Shown here: positions 1 to 12,300 of the stretch, piece after piece
How the letters are laid out: every line of letters begins with the position of its first letter
Position numbering within the stretch: the first letter of the stretch is position 1
NCBI GenBank assembly: GCA_030704615.1
Contig: CM060732.1
Span: forward strand, 3,038,001-3,102,000
Reading direction: 5' to 3'
Length of the DNA: 64,000 nucleotides
From: Takakia lepidozioides
Taxonomy: Eukaryota > Plantae > Bryophyta
Translations under genes and position numbers: made by a program
Notes under the pieces: generated by a model
Database searches by the model: none
Told to the model about the DNA's origin: nothing
Seen by the model: the letters and a program-made list of their open reading frames with translations, nothing else

Positions 1-1762
1 ACCCCACAGGAGACCATGCAACCTTCAAAATGCAACCAAGACTACAGAGATTGAAATATTCCCAGGGGTAGGAGATCAAGGGAGAACTGCGATTACCAGA
101 TTTAGGGTTGCGCAAAGGAACTAATTGACTTTCGAATTGACCGCTTTCTGAGGTGCTCCAGGAGTCAGCTACACGACAGGATTGACGAAATCGTACATGC
201 ATTACAGGCAAATGAAAATTCAAGTAATACAGCGCACATTCAGAATCAACAAGATACCTGGATGGAAAACAGTATTGACATGTGTGCTCACAGAAGGAAG
301 CTACAAACATGGCAAAGACGGACCTCGGTAGAAAAGATGATACTCAGATTACATCAGCTGCCAAGGGTTGTCTGAAAGTAGTTGGTTAGTTGATAAGCCA
401 AACTTTGGTACTGCAGTAGCGTAGGTAGTCATGTCTTTTATAAAGAGCGGAGGAAAACTGGCCATATCAAACTGCACCAAAATTGAAACAGATAGAGAGA
501 AAAATGTACAGTGGCCGATAATGATGCGCATGTCTGAACTACTTGCAGCCATTTGTTGTTTCTTGCTCACTTGTGTCGATCAGGGAGAAAAAAGAGCGGA
601 AATACAAGGGCAAGCAGAAATTTTCTCCCCGTGGGAAAGTGGGGACGAAATGTTGATGTCAACCTTCTACGCATTCAATCTGAAACAGGCAATCTCCCTG
701 GGGCCAATATGGCAAGAGGAGTATATGTACTGGAGAGAAGAAAGAAAGACGTTAAAGACGTTAAAGAAAGAAAGAAGATTTTCGTAATAAACCAGGTTTG
801 GGGTTTTGGGGTTTTCGGCGGGAAATTTTCCGCCTATTGCGCTGACGAAACATAGTCATAGGCTTCATTGCAACGATCCGTAAAGCTTCACGGTGGCCCC
901 AGCTCACCTTGCGAAATTCCACGTGCAACCCATTAGTCGGAATCGGATAGTGCGTTCTGGAAGAGTGGATGTCGAGATTGGCGAGCCTGATAATAGCATG
1001 AGGGTCGATACAAATATTTCAAATTGCTTGGGGCCTCAATCTCTCCTCACGTCCCAGTGTGCGATATGTAGCTGAATGACTCTGAAAGCATGGTTCACAG
1101 CTGCATGATATCAGAAGTTTCTTTGTCGAGAAGTACTCTCGGTAGGGTGGGTTTGCCTGACCATCATTATTCGGTCTCTGGAGCTGGATGTGACTGCCGT
1201 CACAGGTTGTCTTACAGAGAGCGAGGGAGGGCTGGGTTCTACAAGCTTGCTGTTTACCAGGAGTCTGCCCGCAAGAGACAAGTAGTGGAGGCATTGGATA
1301 ACGACGTTGTGGGTAGGGTGACCAGGGGTGTGCGCGTTTGTAGTAGACATAGTACAGGCCGCTCACGAATTTATATTCACCAAATGCATCTAGTAACTTT
1401 GTTCGCAAGGCAAAGAAGCTTGTTCCATCATAACTTGGCAATTGTTGACCTGTATGAGGAACCAGACAGAGTTCGACTTGTGTCAAGTCGCACCAGAGCT
1501 ATGATTCTTTCTTGTTCGAATTATACTTGTGACATGCCATATAATGGGACTCAGGCACCAGCTTCTGCAAGTCACTTGGACGGGAAAAAGAAGAAAGCGG
1601 AGGTTCTAGAGACAAGAGAAAAGGAAGACATGCACGTCAGGGACAACAGTGTCCCAGCATTCGTTCCTCTGCATGTGCACAGCGATTTCAGCCTGCTTGA
1701 AGGATCTTGTCAGGTGTGTCAAAAATTTCAGTTTCACTCGTCCTCATTCAAGTTTACCATGT

Positions 1763-1804
1763 GAGAAAGAAAGAAAGAAAGAAACTTTATAACGTCCACA
1801 GGGG
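1763..1804 (-). mobile_element. LINE/SINE 3' end (GTGGACGTTATAAA + (TTTC)n tail)
   Basis: The minus strand reads cctgtggacgttataaagtttctttctttc, the same motif that ends the LINE at ~8884-8990. Confidence 0.55.
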
Positions 1805-2800
1805 CCGATGAGGAGGAGGGTCCATGGGACAGGGTAGTACAAAGGAATGACAATTCCAGGAGACATCAATTGACTTCCTAAGACGAGAGAGAGAGATTCA
1901 CATAGCATGTCAAAGCTAGACAAGGAAACACTAAGCACAATGTGCTGTGTTTGCCTCTTTTTAACGACATCATACAGCCTAATCTAGGCACCATCAAACT
2001 GTCTCTACCCAGATCTGCCTCCATACCTCCCTTAAAATATCCTTGCTGGAAAACCAGTTTTTAGGTGTACAAAGTGGCAATAGATGTACACTAGGTAGGC
2101 CCTTCGAAGGAACAGAGCTGCCTCCTCACTTTCATATTATAGGAAGCGACAGTAGTAATAGGAAGAGCACAAGTGTCTCCTTAAACGCAACTCCTTTCCA
2201 TGCAGGTAGATCCATCAAACCAAACAGAGCAAAAACAGCAGTAGTATGTGTACATGATCAAAACATACAAACAGATTTGAGGTTTGAGAGAGCTCAAAGC
2301 CTCACTCCCTTAGTCTCTTGCCCCTAGTAGCATTTCCTGCAACAAAAGAAGGTGAGGTGGCATCACCTGGATCCATCACAACCAACCAACCAACCAAATG
2401 GTTAGTGATCCCTGTGGACCTCCAGGCTTAAACCCCTTCACATTTGTTATCAATGTCACCCCTGCAACAGGTCATACTAGCAAAGAGAGGAGAGGTAAGG
2501 GAGTTCCTTTCAGCCATTTCAGTCAATATAGGTACAGAACTCAGTAGCACCTATTTCAGCCCATGCTCCAGAGGGAGGGGGGGGTGGTCTCATGTCAGTA
2601 AGCACCCATTCCCAAAAGGAAGGTGTCACTAGAGCCAAGTACTCAAGCAAGGGGACACAGAGAGGTCTTTGGTTTGCAAAAGTATTCATAGAATCAGAGT
2701 AGAGCTTAATCATGTAAGCATGACAATAGGCACCTATTCCCAAAAGGAAGACCAAGTACTCAAGCAAGGACCCATATAGAAGCCCTTGGTTTTGCACAAG

Positions 2801-5003
2801 TGCAGCTGACCCCACCATCTGACCTTGAATTCATCTCGTCGGGAGCTTAAGGACGGAATGCCTGCTAACATACACTCCTTAAGCACCCCCACTTGAATGG
2901 ATTCTAGAGACTTAGCCTGGTTGGAGTTATCAACCTATTTTGCAGATCCGTACTCCAAGGCAGGTCTAATAACGCAACAAAGCATGGTTTTCTTAACCTC
3001 AGAGTTGACCCCTCTGCAGTGGAAAAATTTAGTGAGCCCCAGAGCTTTGCCCTTGCCAGTTTGAACAACTTTCCGGATATGTGCATCCCAATTACAATTG
3101 GAGGAAAACTCAATGCCTTGGTAAGTGTAGGAAGGGAGGACCGGGATCTCTTGGCTACCCCACTGCCACTTAAGATCACTTCCTCCCTCTCCTCTGTCGT
3201 TGAATGCTACCACTGCACATTTGCTGACATTAGCCTCTAGCCCCCAAAGATCAAAGTATCTCTTCGCGCAATCAACCAACTCCTGGAGATTGGTTGGAGT
3301 CTCCCCTATGCCTGCGAAGTCATCCGCAAACATAAGGGCTGGTATGGTGGTATCACCCACCCTTAACCCAAATAACTCACTTTCCACATCCTCGAGGAGT
3401 TGATTGATGAAAACATTGAAGAGCAGAGGGGAGAGAGTACATCCTTGAGCTACACCTTGGTCTATGTCAAAGAAGTTGGACTTCTGTCCGTTAACAGTGA
3501 CACAGCTTTTGGTGTGAGCATACAAGTTGTGGACACCTCTCCACATCTTTCCCTTGATCCCACAAGACCAGAGGCGGAACCATAGGCCATCTCTCCACAC
3601 TGTGTCATAAGCCTTTTTGACATCCAGGAAAAAAACATAAGTGGGTTTCCCTTCTTTTTTCCTTCCCTGGAAAATCTGGCTTAGAGTGAAGATATGATCC
3701 ACACAGCCCCTGTTTCGCTGAAAGCCAGCTTGGCCTTCGTGGAAACAACCTCTAGACTCCAGATCAACCTCGAGACGAGTACTTATAACTCTGCAGAATG
3801 TCTTGCCAACAGCATTGAGGAGTGTGATGCCCCGGTTCTTCTCTGTCACCCTTCTTGTATAGATTAACAATGACCCCCTGTCGCCAGCGAAAGGGGATCA
3901 TTTCAGTCTTCCAGAGAAGGTTAAAGAGGAGAACTAGGGCCTCTATCATGGGATCGCCACCGTGCTTGATAAGCTCGTTGACAATACTATCAGGTCCCAT
4001 TTAAATGTTCAATTGCTTCCACAATCTCAGAAGAACTAATGGGAGCGTTATAAGCCATTGAAATATACTCCAGTTCATCAGGACTGTTTTGAATCATAGG
4101 AACAGTTTTTCCAACTGTGTCCCTCCATTCAGCAGAAGACCCCTCACTGTTAGACCTAGAAGTTCTGCCAAGGATACTGTAGTGAGTTTCAAAGGTTTGG
4201 ACAATGTCAACCGATGAAGTCACCACTGCACCTTTAGTAGTCTTCAGGTCTAATAACGCGACAAAGCAAGGTTTTCTTGACCTCAGAGTTGATCTCTCTG
4301 CAGTGGAAAAATTTAGTGAGACCCAGCGCTTTGCCCTTGCCAGTTTGAACAACTTTCTGAATACGTGCATCCCAGTTACAGTTGGAGGAAAACTCAACGC
4401 CCAGGTATGTGTAGGAAGGGAGGACCGGAATCTCTTGGCTACCCCACTGCCACTTGAGATCACTTCCTCCCTCTCCTCTGTCGTTGAATGCCACCACTGC
4501 ACATTTACTGACGTTAGCCTCTAGCCCCCAAAGGTCAAAGTATCTCTTCGCGCAATCAATCAACTCCTGGAGGTTGGAAGGAGTCTCTCCTATGCCTGCA
4601 AAGTCATCCGCAAACATAAGGGCTGGTATGGGGCATCACCCACCCTTAACCCAAATCCCTCACTTTCCACATCCTCGAGGAGTTGATTGATGAAAACATT
4701 GAAGAGCAGAGGGGAGAGGGTACATCCTGGAGCCATCACCTTGGTCTATGTCAAAGAAGTTAGACTTATGTCCATTAACAGTGACACAACTTTTGGTGTG
4801 AGCATACAGGTTATGGACAACTCTCCACATCTTTCCCTTGATCTCAGATGACCAGAGGTGGAGCCATAGACCATCTCTCCACACTGTGTCATAAGCCTTT
4901 TCGACATCCAAGAAATAAACATAAGTGGGTTTCCCTTCTTTTTTCCTTCCCTTGATAATCTGGCTTAGAGTGAAGATATGATCCACACAGCCCCTGTTTC
5001 GCC
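2801..5003 (-). mobile_element. Non-LTR (LINE) retrotransposon reverse-transcriptase fragments, internally duplicated
   Basis: RT motifs QAGF, FLDVKKAYDTV, GVAQGCTLSPLLFN, LMFADD and YTYxG, with frameshifts. Segment ~4245-5003 repeats ~2965-3720. It lies inside a dnaE intron. Confidence 0.92.
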
Positions 5004-5807
5004 AAATAGACAGACCATCTCGCCCGGCAGAGAATTTTATTCATGAGAGTGGGCTCTGGGAATTGCCAGGTTCAGGAGTATAATCTCTTCAGTCAACCAA
5101 GGCTGCCTGAATTTGATGTGCCCCCATTTCATGATGAGAGCACTTTTCTTGAGGTACCTCCCAACTGAAGACTCATATTCTGTGCTTATTCACCTATCAG
5201 TGCCCATGACAACTTTGTCTGCAGGTTGTTGCATGGAGAGGCTTGTGTGAGAAGATGGAGAAGCAAAGGATAACCTTTATATGCCTAAATAGCACATGGG
5301 ACAGTAGCAACAAATAAAGCATTCCAAATAAACTGCCACAGAAGGAGGGGCCCGTAGTGAACTAGATGCCTCTGCCAGTGCAGACCAGTCAGAGAAGAGA
5401 CAAAAGCATCTCCCTCTTATAATTAACTGGGCAAGAGAAAGAGAATAATCTCTCTCCTCTTCTTGCATTGTGCAAGCTGGTAGAATGTGTCTTCATGCCA
5501 AATGTTACTCCATCTGTCTGTCTCTATGTTGTGACAGGGCAAGCTTATCCTTGTAAAATTGGAGGTTTGGGCACAGCAGATGCTCTGGGCCTCTCATGTT
5601 TGTCAGCTGAACTTTCTGAAAGGTTCTTTGATAGGATGAACTGTGTCCTGGTTTGTGAAGACTAAGGACATCAAAGAGGGGCAACTTTGATGTGCTCAAT
5701 TGGTGTCTTTAGAGGAAACCTGTTGCTCTACTGAACCAGCGAGGTAGAGAAGTACTCATAAGATTTTGTAGCTTCCAGCGAGATGGAGAGAAGAATTGTG
5801 TGTGTGA

Positions 5808-5975
5808 GAGAAATGAAATGAAATGAAATGGTGCTTTATAACGTCCACGGAAAGCTCATAGAGCTTATGGGACAAAGTGGAAAGAAAAACCTGTGAGTGA
5901 AAGAGAGAGAGCCACCAGGGGGGCCCGGAGCAGAGAACGAGAAAGAACGAAAGAGACTTTCTAATGTCCACAGAG
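5808..5975 (-). mobile_element. Two LINE/SINE 3' ends with microsatellite tails
   Basis: Minus strand: ccgtggacgttataaagcacc(attc)n-like tail, and ctgtggacattagaaag followed by a pyrimidine tail. Confidence 0.5.
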
Positions 5976-7869
5976 ATAGGAAAAAAGGGCTGGTATTTCT
6001 TGGATTGCCAAAATTGCTATTAAGGTTTTGGGTTTATAAGCTCTGCTGTTGTCCACCTTCCCAATAAGAAAATAAAACACGAGTCTGGCTTCCTGTCAAG
6101 TGATCTTCTGCTTCTACACAGGGTTTACAATTTGAAATTTTGACTTCCATCTGGGTGATACCCCTGTAATTTCTGGGCATCCATGTGTGTGTGCAGGGGT
6201 TCAGCTGCAGAGTCATTGGTGGCGTATGCACTCTCAATCATTGGCATTGACCCTGTCAAGCATGGTCTCTATTATCCTCTCCCAAGTGCATGTTTGTGAA
6301 GTCCCTTGGTTGATGACAGCTCATACAGCCTCTACTTGCTATATTTACTACTCAACAAGGTTTTCATATGTGTAATGCTGAAGCAATAACTGAACCTGGA
6401 CACGGACACCAAGTCCAGGAGCTGTGAGACACAAGCTAAAGTTGTTGCTGACATGGGGGTTGGGCATGCAGGGCTCCTATTTGAACGGTTTTTGAATGAG
6501 GAACGGCAGTCGTTGCCTGATATTGACACTGACTTTTGTCCTGAGCAGCGTGACAAGGTGGGTACAATGCCACAGAACTCTGCAAGCCCCAATACACCTG
6601 CATGTACGTGGGAAGTACCGTTAGGAGGGAAGAAGGTTGACAGCTGCGGCACCGCATTCGCATTTTATGTTTTCGGTTGCACTCTGCGAGTACGTTGGTC
6701 TCAACTTTTGCTCACGCATGCTGACTGCCCTGCAGGTATATGAAATACGTGCTTCTTCAGACAGGGGCCCTGGCTCAAGAGCCCCCGTTCTTCATGGCTT
6801 GGACCGTGGCGGGCCCAAGCTGTGTCTACACACCCGAGCTGCAGAAACAATGGCACTTTATGCCTTGGATTTTCTCCTGTAAAATGAACTAAAGCTGACG
6901 AGGGATGCCACAGGTGATTGCATATGTTACCAACAAATATGGAGAGGACCAGGTAGCACAAATCGCAACATTGACACGATTGACATCAAAAGCTGTATTG
7001 AAAGATGTGGGGCGTCTGCTGGGGAAGCCCTACCATGAATGTGCTGAGTTGATCAAGCTGGTCAGGAACTGTGTTTGATGTTTGGTTTCTCTAATTTAAT
7101 GGTTTGGAGGTCCAATTTCACTTTATCTCCTTTTGGGATGTTTCACCTTACTTGAGGCCTTGGTTAAATTGATCTTGTGTCAGTTTATTGTGCTTCACCT
7201 GCTTTTATATGATTTCACCCGGGGATAAAATATATAGATGGGTGGTAACAGGTGCCAAGTATTCGTGGGAAGACTGTGAAGTTGGCAAACATGATAATAG
7301 GCAACTCTCCCTCCAAGGAGTTTGTCAAGCGCTGTCAAATTTCCTTACAAACATGTGTTAAAGTCTCCTTTCAGTGGACCCTAACGCCGGGTGGTGGTCT
7401 ACCACTTCCACTGGACGACATATATGCTGAAGTGTAATAAGAACTTGACCACACGGTTTTATAACTCAAGAATACAGATATGCAATTGCTTGCCTTGTAA
7501 CATGGTCTGTAGAACTCTACAAATCTCACCAGCTTGTCATGTGTGTAAACGGAGGGGCAGCTGGAGACATCTGGAGGGATGCGAAAATTGGTGAGGGATT
7601 TGCAGCCATCATGTATTGAGGACATTTTTGCTGTCATTGCCCTATTTCGGCCTGGGTATGTAGTGCACTCACATCTCTCCCTCTCTGAATTAGTGCTTGG
7701 TCTGTCTTATGAGCGCAACCTCTCAATCGCTGCAGAGAAAGGGAAACACCCTGGACAATTTATCTACACAAAAATCAATTTGAACCTTGGCAAGCTAGGA
7801 AAGGCGGACTCAGGAGGGTCAGTCACAAATGCAGCAGAGAGTGGTTCTCCCTTTTTCTTCTTCTCAGTC

Positions 7870-8990
7870 TCTTAGGCTTCCCGTGCTTTGTCGCGTTATT
7901 AGACCTGCCTTGGAGTACGGATCTGCTATATGGGTTGATAACTTCAACCAGGCTAAGTCTCTAGAATCCATTCAAGTGGGGGTGCTTAAGGAGTGTATGT
8001 CAGCATGCTCCAAAACAGCCAATGTGGCTGTTCGGGGTGAGTTTGGCATTCCGTCCTTAAGCTCCCGACGAGATGAATTCAAGGTCAGATGGTGGGGTCA
8101 GCTGCAACATATGCCCAACTCCAGATATCCTAAGTTAATCGACTCTATATCTTGGAAACAGGACCGCCCTGTCAAACAGGCTAAGTCCAGAAGAGAGTAG
8201 AAGAGATCCTCAAGGACCTGGACCTGGATCCGCAAGTCTTGACCCTGCTGGATAAATCTGACTTAGAGGCTGTAGTGTCCTCAGCCATGTCTGTTGCCAT
8301 GAGATTGTCTGATGAAAATGAAGTTAGGCAGAAAACTTCCCTGAACTTGTTTCCAGTCTGTGACATGGGGGAGGACATCTTGGATGACCTCAAGGGTCTA
8401 CCCACTCTCGGCACTAGACTGAAATTTAAACTCAGGGCAGGAAGCCTACCTTTGAACAGCAAACAGAAGCAGAGAGGAAAGGGAGAGTGCAATTGCCCGT
8501 TGTGTGGGCAACCTGAAGACAGTATTCATTTTCTGATACACTGTCCGGGGTTCTCTCACCAAAGAGACGCTCTCTTCAAATCTATTAAGGGAATTGTGCC
8601 TGTACCCCTGTTTACCAACTTTGAAAGTCTCGAGGCTGAGCCAAAAGCCCAGGCCCTCCTGAGGCCTAGTTTTTGGGCAAATCACACACAGCAGATTGAT
8701 GCTTGTGTGAAGGGATTTCTAGAGGATATCTGGAAAACCCGGATTAATTCTTTATATGGAGGTAAGTCTTACTACCAACGTCAGCCCCTGACAGAGGTAG
8801 GTTCTGTCCCTTTTGTTCCCGCTCAAACTGGGCGCGGGGTCAATGGCCACAAGGCTACGGCAAACAACGTCTTATGAGTACAATCTTAGGCTTCCCGTGG
8901 ACATAATAAACGTCATTCTTTCTTTCTTTCCCGCGGACATTATAAAAAGTAAGCGGACATTATAAAGTTCAATCTCATTTCATTCCATAT
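7870..8990 (+). mobile_element. 5'-truncated LINE: ORF2 C-terminus with CCHC finger and 3' tail
   Basis: VIRPALEYG...CPLCGQPEDSIHFLIHC. It is the same family as 2801-5003, whose sequence it matches in reverse complement. The 3' end has repeated GGACATTATAAA motifs and TTTC/CATT repeats. Confidence 0.88.
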
Positions 8991-9244
8991 TTCTCTATTC
9001 TTTCAGCTCTGTCTTGCTTAGCTTTTTCCTTAATTTCCTCATTCATTCCCACATCATATACAGAATTCCTTTTCAGCACCCTTTAATAAGCCTTGGTATG
9101 TCAGTAAAGAAAATTATAGTGGTCTCTACCCTTTCTCCAAGATTTACACTATCTTGCCAGAATCCGTATCACGACTTAATTTTGCTGTACAGTTCAGCTG
9201 CATGTTTAGTGTGGCCGAGTTCCCGCACCAACGCTTTGCTGCAG

Positions 9245-9354
9245 GATGCTAATGGATCTGGTGTCGAGGAAGCTGCGGGAAAGGAGAAGCTTTATCAGAC
9301 TTTGATATCGGGAATCCTCTAGTAAGGGGCAAGTTTGGCAATGTTTATCTTGCC
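9245..9354 (+). pseudogene. Aurora kinase N-terminal exon fragment
   Basis: Follows a CAG acceptor and, after a frameshift, reads LSDFDIGNPLVRGKFGNVYLA, matching the Aurora signature LxDFDIGKPLGRGKFGxVYLA. The first P-loop Gly is changed to Val and no later exons were found. Confidence 0.75.
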
Positions 9355-12300
9355 TTTTTGTTGCTGTGGTTTGAGAAAGAGACTATCTGGTACAAATTGT
9401 TCATGGTTGGAGGATGAGCTAGTAGAAGTTGACTCGTGTAAGTATGACAGACACTAACAGCTTCCGATGAAAACTGATGATTTTGATTGAACGTTTTTTT
9501 CAGGTCCCTTGGACCAATGATTGAGTTGCTCTTTTGGACAACATACACTCGCAGGATGCAATGGATGTACATTGTTCGAGTGGGGACAAGGAACCTGAAA
9601 ATATCTTTGGTGCAAGACAAGAAAGTAACGGCTTTCATGGCATCTCACTAACCGTCCAAGTCATGGAGGTCTGAGATAGAGACTGAACTGGGCAAGGGAA
9701 GTGGCGGTAGATTTGTGTTGTAAATGTGTTCTAGTACCCTAGAGAGTTTTGTGTGACTTAGACACACGCCAAGCTAAGTTACTGGTTTGTATTTCTATCT
9801 GATCAAAGAAGATTTCTGGCTTGCAATAGCCTGTAACTATACTCTTACAAAGATATTATTATTACCAGGCCAAGTTCTAGTTGCATAGAAAAAAAAGATA
9901 GACGAGTGATCTCAAATGGTTATAAATTCTGGGTACTCCAAATTAAATCTGGAGAATGACATTCCTGGCCTGAGCAATCGTAAACTGTCATTAAATAATT
10001 TACAGATTCAAAACCTTCTTTCTGTATATAGATTTTGAATAATGTTCGAACCAATTCTGAAGTGTTCTTCCAGAGTAAGGCTGCTTGACGTACAAATCTG
10101 AAAGAGATTGCCATAGATTAGAGACCAGAGAAAGTCAGGTAGAGGGAGAGAGAAGGGTGAGTGAGAAGGGATGGCTGCCTCCAGCACAAAGCCTTTTTTC
10201 TTGCTTGGCTAGCTTTGGATCACCATGGCTGGCTTTTGCTGTGTTCACACACAGTCACGTGGCACTTTACAGCTGTGAGAAACTCAAGGAGAAAGGTGAC
10301 GATTCTTTAAGCCTTTGGCAACTGACCAAGGTGTTTGCTGTATTTTGTATTTAGGGAGGGCTTGGTAGCACTTGAATTATTTTTGCTGAGGACATTTTGT
10401 GGGTTGTTTCTTTTTACCGGTCTAAACTCCCACCCCCCTGCATGCACCCATTTTAGTGCAGGGACCAGGGCCCATTACACTCGGCTTTTGGCATGTTATG
10501 GGTCCCTCCACCTTGTACTCCATTTTCCAGACTCTAACCCTGTGCTTGTGGCTTTTGGTCTATGGCTGATTGTGTTTTGAAAGGACTTTGTAGGTGCCAA
10601 CATGTCTGATTGATAAGAGCAGCAGAGGTAGACATAGCTTCGATGTCCTTCCTTCCATGGAGAAGCACGTCTTTCACCTATTCTGACCATGTCATACCGA
10701 AACCCACACATTGCAGGGATATGCATTGATAGCTCCCTTTATCAAGTCATTGATATGGCTGATTGACACCTAAGACTTGTCCAGGTTTTTTGTTTGATTG
10801 TGGCTTCACAAGCTTTGTAGTGGTATTTGCCAAAACGGCCCGTGCATTTCTGGTTGCTTTGTGTTTGCTGTATTTTGTATTTAGGGAGGGCTTTGTAGCA
10901 CTTGACTTATAATTGCGCCATCGCCTGTGGGTTGTTTCTTTTGCCAGGCCCCCAGTTGTTGGTTGTTCTATTTCCTGGCAAGGTTTAATTCTATCCAGCA
11001 GAACCAAAGAGCAATAAACTTAATGTTCCATTTCTGTTTCCTAAGGCCACTTGCTGGCGAACACAACTCATATTGTGAGGCCACTTCTAGAGAGAAGAAA
11101 GGAGGGAGTTGTGACTGATGCGGTGTGTGCAACAAGCTTGAAAAAACTCCGTAGGTCACGAATCACATGTTTTGTGGACAGCTCCTGCCACCTCCCATGT
11201 GCTTTGTAGCAAATTTTCTGCCTAGTCCTTTGCTCTCCTTCTTTTTCACCCTCCTTACTGCATGGACAATTCAGTTCTGCCCCCACGTTTTCAGACCTCC
11301 CGCGATCATCCCTTGATATCACAACCCTTGCTCTATGTGAGCTTTGCCCTCCCTTTTTGTGTTTTTTGCCAGCTTAAAACCACTTCCAACCACTCCATCT
11401 GATGCCTCCGAGGCATTTCATTGGGATTAACCACTTGCCAATGGTTACCATTACTGATGAGTGGTTTATAGAGCGGTATAAGACATGAGTGATTAAAGGG
11501 GCAAGTGCGTTTTCCTTCTAGTGTTCCCAAGCCTCGCATGGTTTCCCGCCATCGCTTGTTGCAACCGAGATCTACACCGTCGATGGTTTCCATGAAATCA
11601 GGAAAATCTACGAATGATCACCAACGAAAATGTCTATCAACTTCCAGTGTGTAACTGCAACATCCACCCTTTTATATGTGTCACTCTTCACGGGAAAAGT
11701 GGTGGAAGAAGGGGTGTCAGACGCTCTCTTCCACTGCCGCTCGTGAGAAAAGGGCCTTATTCATGTCACTGCGAAAACGGCTAGCAAGTGTAGGCGGATG
11801 ATGTGCTGACACCCACAACGTGATTGATGCACAGTCGCTAGTCAAGGCCCATCGTCGGCGGACCCACGTGAGCTCTTCAAAAATCCAGATATTCTGAGAC
11901 CCTCATCGGAATGCAGGAGCTTTAGCTATGTATGTAGAGCAGATGCTTGCGCACTCTGTATGCAAACAGATGCATTGGCTTTGACACGGTCTGAATATGC
12001 ACCCGAATCCTTTCAAAAATGAAGGAATGTTGCCCTCAATTTCTCTTCGCAGGTAAAGAGTAGGTAGGTAGTCGGGTTGCGGGCCCACGAAGCTCACGAC
12101 GTCTTACAAGCCCAGTTTTTCCTCAATGACATCACACGATTCCATTTGTCCTGCACGCATTGCTCCACATTGTCGCTAGGCGCACCGTCCGTCACATATT
12201 GGTTGTGTAAGGAACTATCAAATCTCTCGAGATACAAGAAACATTACCTTCAAGGAGGTAAGAATGTTGCTGACCTCCCAGAAGATATCAGATGTACCTT

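Larger units (their letters stand above)
1090..7655 (+). pseudogene. dnaE: Intron-containing DNA polymerase III alpha subunit (DnaE), cyanobacterial-like, fragmented
   Basis: Exons in correct DnaE order, mostly GT/AG-bounded: ~1090-1713 (long S/R-rich N-extension, then PHP motif FVPLHVHSDFSLLEG); 5070-5153 (VQEYNLFSQPRLPEFDVPPFHDESTFLE); 5225-~5270 (VVAWRGL); 6472-6557 ([21 protein letters not shown], the catalytic PDID motif); 6914-7060 (VIAYVTNKYGEDQVAQIATLTRLTSKAVLKDVGRLL); 7252-~7335 (VPSIRGKTVKLANMI); 7561-7655 (LETSGGMRKLVRDLQPSCIEDIFAVIALFRPG). I could not find most of the PHP domain, the GRGS motif, the KxDxLGL motif or the C-terminus, so this is probably a pseudogene. Confidence 0.88.

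Noticed and set aside
1-860. Possible gene divergent from dnaE
   Set aside because: Splice-like signals are present but there is no recognisable protein.
1090-7655. Bacterial contamination as the source of dnaE
   Set aside because: The coding segments are separated by GT-AG introns containing plant-type LINEs.
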